A DNA stretch of 64,000 nt from Candidatus Latescibacterota bacterium (GTDB taxonomy: Bacteria > Latescibacterota > UBA2968 > UBA8231), in NCBI GenBank assembly GCA_965208105.1, contig OZ242318.1, positions 224,001 to 288,000 of the forward strand, written 5' to 3'. The stretch's first letter is position 1. Every line of letters begins with the position of its first letter. Below, piece after piece: positions 57,086 to 64,000 of the stretch. Both the position numbers and the translations under genes were made by a program. The notes under the pieces are model-generated. The model was not told the DNA's origin. It ran no database searches and was given only the letters and a program-made list of their open reading frames with translations.

Positions 57086-58558
57086 GTGCTCACCCCAGAT
57101 TCGACCCCCGATGGAAAGACGGCCTCGATTCCGCTGCCGATCATCCTCGTCGCCGCGGCCATCTGCAGTCTGTCCGGGGCAGCCAACGGCCACCTGCACC
57201 CGCCGGTCTTCGCCCCCGCCGAAAATCCCGACAGCCTCAACGTGGAACGCGTCGGCGAGGTGGTCCTGCTCAGCCTTCCCGAGGCCGGCGACCCGCCCTA
57301 CGGCACCGACTTTTACCTTGCAGGCGATCACGCCTTCATGGGGGACTTTCGCGGCATCGTCCACATCGTCGATATCTCCGACCCGGCCGCCATGCGCAAG
57401 GTAGGCGAGGTGCGCACCCCGGGTTCGGCGGTGGACATCAAGGTGGAAGGGGACCTGGCGGCCATCGGGGTGCAGAGTTTCACCGGCGAATTCGGGCTGC
57501 TGCTCCTCGACATCTCCGATCCGGCGAGTCCAGTCGAGCTCTCCCGGCTGGAGGAGAAAGGCTGGGGAGGGGTCCACAATCTCTTCATCCAGGGCGAGCG
57601 CGTCTACCTGGCCCACTCCTATACTCCGGGCCTGACCATCGTGGACATATCCGAACCGGCCGAGCCCAGGGTCTCGGGCGTCTGGGGCAAGGAGGGCGAT
57701 TGGAGCAACATAATCCACGATGTCTTCGTGCGCGGCCGTCTCGCCGTCCTCAGCGATATCGAGTCCGGCCTCGTCCTTCTCGACCTCGCCGACCCGGACG
57801 CGCCCGAACTGCTCGCCGAGCTGCCCTTCGCCGAGGGTCTCCACAGCGCCTGGGCCGAAGGGGACTACGTCTACTGCAACCAGGAATTCGGCGGCTGGGA
57901 GCGGCGCCTTCACGTGGTCGATATCTCCGACCTCCGGCGGCCCCGGCTGGTCCGTTCATTCGGCATCAGCCCGCCGCCGCAGGGGGACATCCTCGGACCG
58001 CACAACCCCTGGGTCCGCGACGGTCTGCTCTACTGGGCCTACTACGACGCCGGCCTGCGCGTCTTCGACCTGACGGACCCGGCGCGGCCGGTGGAGGCGG
58101 CCTACCACACCTATCCGGGGTCGGCCTGGAGCGCCCAGCCCCACGACGACGGGCTGGTCTACGTCGCCGACGGCACCGCGGGCATCCAGGCCTACAGGCT
58201 GGACCGGAAGGGCATCGCCGACCGCGCCGCGCTTGGGCGCGACACCTCGGTGGACGAAGCCAGGGCGGACCCCCGGCCAGCGGCTTTCAGGCTGGGTCAG
58301 AATTTCCCCAATCCCTTCAACCAGTCCACCTCTATCAGGGTCGAGCTTGAGACCGCCGCCCATGTGGAGCTGTCCGTTTTCAACCTGGCGGGGCGAAGGG
58401 TCGCCACCCTCGCCGGGGGGCCGCAGCTGCCGGGCAGCCATACCTTCACCTGGGACGGCCGCGACGACCTCGGGGCCGAGCTGGCCTCGGGGGCATACTT
58501 CTACCGGCTCAGGGCCGACGGGGAAGAGCGGACGCGCAAAATGGTCCTCCTGCGCTAA
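57086..58558 (+). CDS. Secreted LVIVD-repeat protein with a C-terminal FlgD-Ig/secretion-sorting-like domain
   Basis: Hydrophobic N-terminus; repeated IVDISDP/LLDISDP/VFDLTDP; QNFPNPFN...WDGRDD.G..LASGAYFYRL. Confidence 0.8.
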   Translation: MLTPDSTPDGKTASIPLPIILVAAAICSLSGAANGHLHPPVFAPAENPDSLNVERVGEVVLLSLPEAGDPPYGTDFYLAGDHAFMGDFRGIVHIVDISDPAAMRKVGEVRTPGSAVDIKVEGDLAAIGVQSFTGEFGLLLLDISDPASPVELSRLEEKGWGGVHNLFIQGERVYLAHSYTPGLTIVDISEPAEPRVSGVWGKEGDWSNIIHDVFVRGRLAVLSDIESGLVLLDLADPDAPELLAELPFAEGLHSAWAEGDYVYCNQEFGGWERRLHVVDISDLRRPRLVRSFGISPPPQGDILGPHNPWVRDGLLYWAYYDAGLRVFDLTDPARPVEAAYHTYPGSAWSAQPHDDGLVYVADGTAGIQAYRLDRKGIADRAALGRDTSVDEARADPRPAAFRLGQNFPNPFNQSTSIRVELETAAHVELSVFNLAGRRVATLAGGPQLPGSHTFTWDGRDDLGAELASGAYFYRLRADGEERTRKMVLLR

Positions 58559-58592
58559 CAGCCCGTTGAAAAGTTGCTCTGCAGGCGAGGCC
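58555..58592. repeat. End fragment of the copy-A-type element (copy E)
   Basis: CTAA stop then CAGCCCGTTGAAAAGTTGCTCTGCAGGCGAGGCC, the reverse complement of ~11185-11220. Confidence 0.8.
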
Positions 58593-58703
58593 CCCGTACT
58601 CATGGACGGGACCATGTGCTGGACTTCCGCCTATGGGAGACTCGTCAGGGGGACCGCGGGGCTCGAAGGCGAGGTTGCCGAACCCGGCTGGCAAGGGGAG
58701 GAC

Positions 58704-59717
58704 CTATGCGAGATCGTCGAGCAGGACCAGCTTCCCGCCGGCTTCGGCGGAGGCGTTGGCCCCCAGAACGGCTGCCAGGCTGTTGAGGGAAGCCGGGTAG
58801 GGGCTGCGCGGCAGGGAGGCATCTCCGCTCCGCACCGCGTCGATGAAGGCCCGGGCCTGGGCATGGAAGGCATCCTCGGGCGGGGGATCTTCGGGGGCTT
58901 CCCACACCACCTCGCCGTTCTCCCTGATCTGCCGCGGGCTCCAGTCGACGATGGAGTCGTCGCAGACCACGACGGTCCGGCGCAGGGAGCAGGGGACGTT
59001 GTTCATCACCCGGGCGACGCTGGCGTTGGCGGTCAGGCGCCTCCTGAAGCGGTAGTTGACGTTGTAGACCAGGGGCAGGTTCATGGGCTCGATGCGCTCG
59101 GCGGGCAGGGACTGGAGGTAGAAGGCCGAGACCGCCTCGATGTCGCCGAAAAAGTAGCGCAGCAGATCCACACCGTGGATGGTGTTCTCCACGAACGAGC
59201 CGCCGCAAAGCTCGTAGCGGCTGGTCCAGTAGCGCTGCGGCTTGCCGCTGTAGTATCTCTGGATCTGGGCGTGGCGCGGGGTGCGATGGCGCAGCAGGTC
59301 GCGGGCCGGGGCGGAAGCGGGCTCGTAGCGATGGACGAAGCCCACCTGGGACACGATGCCGGCTTCTGCCACCGCCGCGCCGAAGCGGGCGGCCTGGGCA
59401 AGGTCGAGGCTTTGTGGCTTCTCGACGAAGAGAGCGATGCCCTTGCCGGCGGCGATGAGCACCTCGTCGCTGTGCTCGGTGGGCGGGATGGAGAGGTAAA
59501 CCGCATCCAGCTCCTGCTCGTCGAACATCAGGTGGTGGTCGGTGTAGGTGGAGCGGGGCTTGTAAGCGGCGGCCTGCTGTCGGAGGGTCTCCTCGCTGCG
59601 GTCGCAGAAGGCCTGGAAGACCACCCTGCCTTCCTCGGCGAGGGCGGCCAGCGCAGGCAGGTGGGCCGACTTGGTGATCAAGCCGAGGCCGATACAGCCG
59701 ACGCGGACGGGCTTCAT
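58704..59717 (-). CDS. Gfo/Idh/MocA family oxidoreductase
   Basis: GCIGLG, SIPPTEH, EKP, GGSFVENTIHGVD. Confidence 0.88.
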   Translation of the reverse strand: MKPVRVGCIGLGLITKSAHLPALAALAEEGRVVFQAFCDRSEETLRQQAAAYKPRSTYTDHHLMFDEQELDAVYLSIPPTEHSDEVLIAAGKGIALFVEKPQSLDLAQAARFGAAVAEAGIVSQVGFVHRYEPASAPARDLLRHRTPRHAQIQRYYSGKPQRYWTSRYELCGGSFVENTIHGVDLLRYFFGDIEAVSAFYLQSLPAERIEPMNLPLVYNVNYRFRRRLTANASVARVMNNVPCSLRRTVVVCDDSIVDWSPRQIRENGEVVWEAPEDPPPEDAFHAQARAFIDAVRSGDASLPRSPYPASLNSLAAVLGANASAEAGGKLVLLDDLA

Positions 59718-59763
59718 CTGCAATTCCTTCCAGGGAAAAAATGAACGGCCTTGTCGGCCCTTC

Positions 59764-60792
59764 TCACTCCAGGTCCAGGACCACCTCGCGCCCCGTGCGC
59801 GCCGATTCCTCGGTCGCTTCCAGAACCTTGAGCACCTTCAAGCCGTGGTCCTGGGGCACTGGGGTGTCCTCGTCGCCGCGCTCGATGGACTGGACGAAGG
59901 CGGTGAACTGGTCGAGCAGGCTGTTGCGCGCCGGCACCTCCCGGCGGCGCCAGGTGCCCTCGCCGGTGTCGGCGATGAACAGGGCCGGAGGTTCGCCGCC
60001 GCCGAGGGGAAGGCGAAAGCGCGCCATCCCCCTGCCAAAGAACCAGTCGCCGCCGTACTCGGTGGCTCCGCGCTCCCAGGCGATGCGGCTCACGGCGGCA
60101 ACCACGCCGCTCTTCCAGCGGATGAAGTACATGCCGGTGTCGTCGCAGTTTATTACGGGATGCTCGGACCTGGGGTAGGTGAACTGTCCCTGCTGCGCCG
60201 ACACGGTGGCCACGTCGCAGCCGATGATCCACAGCAGGCGGTCGATCTGGTGGGTGCCGTCCATCTGGCCCATGCCGCCGCCTCTTTCGCGGTCCAGCAT
60301 CCACGGGGGTCGGCCGTAGGGTCCGTAGGACTTGTGCCAGACGTCGTAGGCCATGATCACCGGCCCCAGCTCGCCGCGGTCCACGACCTCCTTCATCGCC
60401 TTCACCGCGGGGTAGTAGCGCTGGGTGTGGGCGGTCATGAGCTTCACCCCGTTGCGGCGCGCCGCCGCCAGCATCTCCTCCGCCTGCCAGGCCCAGACCG
60501 CGATGGGCTTCTCCATGTAGATGTGCTTGCCCGCCGCCGCCGCGTCGAGGGCCGCCTGGTAGTGGAGCCAGTGGGGCAGGGCACCGATCACCACGTGGAC
60601 GTCATCGCGCCCGAGGGTGTGGCGATAGTCGGCGACCAAGTCCACGTCGGGATGGCGCTCCCGCCAGGTGGCGGCGGCCTCCTCGTTGGGCTCGGCCACC
60701 ACCTTGATCTCGGCGCCTGGGGTTTTTCTGACCACCTCGATGTAGCTGCCGCCGATGCGGCCGGTGCCGAGCACCGCGACTCCGTATGGCAC
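59764..60792 (-). CDS. Gfo/Idh/MocA family oxidoreductase
   Basis: VLGTGRIG, LPHWLH, MEKP, GGGMGQMDGTHQID. Confidence 0.88.
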   Translation of the reverse strand: MPYGVAVLGTGRIGGSYIEVVRKTPGAEIKVVAEPNEEAAATWRERHPDVDLVADYRHTLGRDDVHVVIGALPHWLHYQAALDAAAAGKHIYMEKPIAVWAWQAEEMLAAARRNGVKLMTAHTQRYYPAVKAMKEVVDRGELGPVIMAYDVWHKSYGPYGRPPWMLDRERGGGMGQMDGTHQIDRLLWIIGCDVATVSAQQGQFTYPRSEHPVINCDDTGMYFIRWKSGVVAAVSRIAWERGATEYGGDWFFGRGMARFRLPLGGGEPPALFIADTGEGTWRRREVPARNSLLDQFTAFVQSIERGDEDTPVPQDHGLKVLKVLEATEESARTGREVVLDLE

Positions 60793-60828
60793 GGGGGAAC
60801 CTGCTTTCTATCCCGTAGGCGAACCCGT

Positions 60829-60858
60829 AGGATAGGTTGCCATGCGGTCTGTTGTCAA
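60829..60858 (-). promoter_or_regulatory. sigma70-like promoter for the Gfo pair
   Basis: TTGACA-N18-TATCCT. Confidence 0.5.
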
Positions 60859-60983
60859 GGAAGGTACGGGCCCCAGCGCAACTTCGTCTCCCGCAGCGAG
60901 CTTCGCCTGCAATTGACCAGCCATACAGGGGAGCATTTCCTTGAAAGGTGGAGTTGCGAGGGGAAACGGAAGAGAGAACCTCT

Positions 60984-61415
60984 ATGGCGAAAACACGACG
61001 AAAACGGAAAAAATCCGCAGCAAAGAAGGAACCGAGAGGCGGCGACGGGGCCGCTGACTACCGCTCGGAGCTGTGGCGCATGGCCGATGCTCTGCGCGGC
61101 AGCATGGACGCGGCAATCGAGGGGCGCATCGAGCGCGGCGGCGAAAACTCCGGCTAGTATGCCGACGTTCCCGGATTCTGCAAGAGTGCGACTCTGGAAG
61201 AGATCCGCAAGCACGGCCACGTCCTCACCCCCGGGCGCTACGTCGGCGCGGAACCTCAGGAGGACGACGGTGAACCCTTCGCGGAGAAGATGGCCCGCCT
61301 CTCCAAGCAGTGGCGCGAGCAGCAGGCCGAGGCGAAAAGACTGGACGCGGCAATCGAGGCGAATCTGGAGAAGTTGGAGTTTCTTCCAGGCCGGCCGTCA
61401 TGCAAAGACGTTTGA
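60984..61415 (+). pseudogene. hsdM: Type I restriction-modification methyltransferase relic (N-terminus fused to C-terminus, in-frame TAG)
   Basis: LWRMADALRGSMDAA (HsdM N-terminus), then [50 protein letters not shown] (HsdM C-terminus); catalytic core absent; TAG at 61155. Confidence 0.85.
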
Positions 61416-61440
61416 CGTCAATCGTCATTATTTCTACATT
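61412..61440 (+). promoter_or_regulatory. higBA promoter/operator
   Basis: TTGACG-N17-TACATT; the palindrome TTGACGTCAA covers the -35; ATG is 8 nt after the -10, suggesting a leaderless transcript. Confidence 0.6.
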
Positions 61441-61448
61441 TTCCACCC

Positions 61449-61730
61449 ATGATACTCAGCTATGGGGACAGGCGAACCGAGCGCTTTGCCTCAGGAGAGT
61501 TCGTAGCCGCGTTTCAAGGATTCGAGCGGTAGGCTGCCAAGCGGCTGGCAATCCTGAACGCAGCACCTACGCTGGATACCTTGAGAGCACTACCAGGCAA
61601 TCGCCTGGAAGCCCTCAGGGGCAAGAGGGCGGGGCAGTACTCCATCCGCATCAACCGGCAGTGGCGCATCTGCTTTGCCTGGCCCGACGGTCCGGGGCCA
61701 ACTGGTGTCGAGATCGTAGACTACCATTAA
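61449..61730 (+). pseudogene. higB: HigB (RelE-like killer) toxin with an in-frame TAG at codon 28 (absent from the ORF track)
   Basis: MILSYGDRRTERF..FQGFER*AAKRLAIL..LPGNRLEALRGKRAGQYSIRINRQWRICF..VEIVDYH*. Confidence 0.88.
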
Positions 61731-61750
61731 CCAAGAGGAGGGACGCTGGC

Positions 61751-62041
61751 ATGTTCAAACGGGTCGTTCATCCCGGTGAGGTTCTGAGAGACGAGTTGAC
61801 CGAGTTCGGCATAACCCCGACAGCGTTCGCCCGCCAGATTGACGTACCGCCCAATCGTATCAGCCAGATCATCGCAGGCAAGCGCTCCGTGACCGGGGAT
61901 ACCGCGTTGCGGTTCGGGCACTGGTTCGGCGTCGAGCCGCAATTCTGGATGAACCTACAGACGCAGTTCGATCTCGCCACAGCCGAGCAGCGGTCCGGCG
62001 CCGCCGTGCGAGAACTTCCCACATCCGCCGCGGGCGGGTAG
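61751..62041 (+). CDS. higA: HigA addiction-module antitoxin
   Basis: VHPGEVLRDEL, HTH, GKRSVTGDTALR, FWMNLQ; GAGGAG RBS. Confidence 0.92.
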   Translation: MFKRVVHPGEVLRDELTEFGITPTAFARQIDVPPNRISQIIAGKRSVTGDTALRFGHWFGVEPQFWMNLQTQFDLATAEQRSGAAVRELPTSAAGG

Positions 62042-62091
62042 CGCGTGGTCGCAAGGACTGATCTGAAGCTGGGGTCCGGAGATCGCATGGC

Positions 62092-62232
62092 CAGGATGGC
62101 GGCCCTGCGCCGGGAAGATGCAGCAGCTTGCAGCGCAGTTACGGCAGCAGCAGGCCGATGCGAAAACTGGATGAGGCGATTGCAGAGAATCTTTTTGCAC
62201 TCACAGAGCAGGAATACCGAGAATTGGAATAG
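62092..62232 (+). pseudogene. Second, diverged and frameshifted hsdM 3'-end fragment
   Basis: PCAGKMQQLAAQLRQQQADAK/LDEAIAENL aligns with [31 protein letters not shown] at ~61275-61370. Confidence 0.7.
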
Positions 62233-62353
62233 CCGAGGATGACAAACCATTCACCCAGTTGGCGATTGATGACCGCAGCCTCAGCAAATACGAGAACCCA
62301 CCGCTCCGGGCTCTCGACTCTACGCCTAACCTGGCAATCACCCATACCTATCC

Positions 62354-62683
62354 TTGCCTGAATTCATCACTTTCAAACGTTGGGCGCTTAGAGAAGGGCG
62401 ACAAGAGTCGGAACTGGTCAACCTCGTCCATGAAGAGATCATTCCCCACTTCCAGAAACTGCCCGGCTGCCTCAAGCTTGGACTGCTGCATATTGCGGGT
62501 ACTCGGGCTTACCTTGCTCTCCAACATTGGAAAGACCACAACACTTGGCATACAACTATCGAGTCCGACTATTACGAATCTTGGTTTGAAGCGTATAAGC
62601 CAACGCTTGAACGCTGGGATGAGCTCATGATCTTCGAAGAAGAATGGCAAAGTGAAAATTTATTGGACACAGGGAGCGGCTAG
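62354..62683 (+). CDS. Hypothetical protein, possible dimeric alpha-beta barrel (ABM-like)
   Basis: 109-aa ORF of lower GC; pattern IP.F..LPG..., Y..L.HW. Confidence 0.55.
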   Translation: MPEFITFKRWALREGRQESELVNLVHEEIIPHFQKLPGCLKLGLLHIAGTRAYLALQHWKDHNTWHTTIESDYYESWFEAYKPTLERWDELMIFEEEWQSENLLDTGSG

Positions 62684-62821
62684 CAATACGATATAGCTTT
62701 GCGGAGCTGTGGCCCCTTCGGCTGCGGCAATCTGCTTTCCAGGTTCGGCAACCGGAATAACATTAAAGGATTTGATGGGCCGGAAATCCCTCTTGCGTTC
62801 ACAGATAAGAAGGGGACCGTA

Positions 62822-63487
62822 TTGAATAGGGATGCCGAGGTCAAGCGGGTGCGATGGGTAATCGAGCGATTGGTTCATGACGGATCTATCGTTGCGGCCT
62901 CTGACGGCACCCAGCATAATATTTTTCCTGTTGCGGTGAGTTCCAAGGAGTGCGAGTCACTCCGGGACTGGGTATCTCGAGAAAACGCGACACGAACCAT
63001 CGAGGTCGGCCTGGGGTACGGAATGTCTGCACTACACATTTGTGAAGGCCTGCTTCTGAACGGCGACACGGCCGCCAGGCATGTTGTGCTCGATCCCAGT
63101 CAGTCGGGGCGATTTGGCGACTGCGGGTTGCAGGTTCTCGAGAAGGCGGGTGTTAGACACCTCGTGGAACACCACGCCGAGGAGTCCCAGATTGTGCTTC
63201 CACGGTTTTTGGAGGAAGGTCGGAGCTTCGATCTCGGGTTTGTCGACGGCAACCACCGCTTCGATAGAGTCTTCCTGGATCTGTACTACCTTGGGCATCT
63301 CGTACGCAAGAGTGGAATAATCATCCTGGACGACTACATCTGGCCCGGAATTAAACGGGCTGTGTCATTCTTCCTGACCAATTTGAACTGGAAGATCGAG
63401 GAAACGAACGAGGAGGGTCACCAGGCGGTTCTACGAACCGCTGAAGAGGACGACGATCGAGAATGAAAATACTTCGTTGAATTTTAA
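62822..63487 (+). CDS. Class I SAM-dependent methyltransferase (Methyltransf_24-like); TGA at 63464 truncates a probable final KYFVEF
   Basis: IEVGLGYGMS, FDLGFVDGNHRFD, IILDD; in-frame ..DRE*KYFVEF*; start uncertain. Confidence 0.75.
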
Positions 63488-63647
63488 CAGGTGAGCCAGT
63501 CAGCGCAGTGTCACGTCATATAACAGCCCGGTATTGCGCTGGGCAGCATGCGCCGCTTGGCCCTATCGGGCTACCCTCCTTTTCGCTCTGGGTTCGCAAA
63601 CCCTTAAACGTATTGCGCAAATTCTACTTCGATGAGGCAGAGGCAGC

Positions 63648-64000
63648 ATGAAGCTCACGGTCGCAACATGTCAATTCCCGGTTTCGAGCGACATCCGGAG
63701 CAACGCTAAGCATATCAGAAGACAGGTACGCGAAGCAAAAGACAAGGGTGCACACGTCGTTCAGTTTCCCGAGACATGTCTTTCAGGCTATGTAGGCGTT
63801 CACTTTTCGTCATACGACGATTTTGATTGGACGACTCTTTCCGAATGCACCGAGATGTTGCTGGAGGAGTATCGCGAGCAACAGATATGGGGCATACTGG
63901 GCTCTACCCACCGTTTGACCGGACGGCACAAGCCTCACAATTCACTCTACATAATCAACGATCAAGGCAAGCTGGTCGATCGATACGACAAGATGTTCTG
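63648..64000 (+). CDS. Carbon-nitrogen hydrolase (nitrilase superfamily), runs off the window
   Basis: MKLTVATCQFPV, VQFPETCLSGY (catalytic Glu), HNSLYII, RYDKMF (catalytic Lys). Confidence 0.85.
   Translation, partial: MKLTVATCQFPVSSDIRSNAKHIRRQVREAKDKGAHVVQFPETCLSGYVGVHFSSYDDFDWTTLSECTEMLLEEYREQQIWGILGSTHRLTGRHKPHNSLYIINDQGKLVDRYDKMF

Noticed and set aside
11056-58592. Repeats interpreted as a CRISPR array
   Set aside because: Copies are dispersed, with no regular repeat-spacer period and no cas genes
61155-61532. Genetic-code reassignment of TAG (code 15 or pyrrolysine)
   Set aside because: Many intact genes in the window end in TAG, including higA, and no pyl genes are seen; decay is more parsimonious
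61310-61750. N-terminal extension of the 243-aa ORF ending at 62041
   Set aside because: The real higA starts at ATG 61751 with an RBS; the upstream part overlaps hsdM and higB in other frames
62259-62345. Possible hsdS C-terminal remnant (ENPPLRALDSTPNL) or attC half-site GCCTAAC
   Set aside because: Similarity too weak to support without a search; no matching partner box
62677-62770. Second attC-like site after the 109-aa gene
   Set aside because: Core AAC/GTT triplets and paired L boxes are not identifiable

Overview
High-GC bacterial chromosomal window, densely coding, with about 55 genes. The gene content fits a sponge-symbiont or Latescibacterota/Poribacteria-like heterotroph (inference only). 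It includes five phytanoyl-CoA-dioxygenase (PhyH) genes plus one relic, three Gfo/Idh/MocA oxidoreductases, two CehA/McbA-type metallohydrolases, a sulfatase, a BNR sialidase and an LVIVD/FlgD-Ig protein. Highlights: (1) A dispersed family of ~165-bp palindromic elements and 31-35-bp end fragments, 7 copies. Their terminal repeats differ between copies but stay self-complementary, they share a covarying internal core, they usually overlap stop codons through CTAG/CTAA, and all lie in the same sense relative to the adjacent transcript. (2) An archaeal-type pantoate kinase + phosphopantothenate synthetase pair (CoA pathway) in a bacterium. (3) A selenocysteine formate dehydrogenase alpha subunit, split by the ORF track at UGA 39453 and followed by a canonical SECIS, downstream of a NuoE-NuoF fusion. 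(4) An iscS-dgcN-dgcA cluster. (5) A PhyH paralogue with an HxG (halogenase-like) iron motif. (6) A candidate 6S-like structured RNA. (7) A decaying accessory island at the right end: an hsdM relic, a higBA module flanked by two hsdM 3'-tails, three in-frame stop codons, lower-GC genes and a possible degenerate attC. No rRNA, tRNA, CRISPR array, transposase or integrase was seen. All functional calls come from motif recognition, not database searches.
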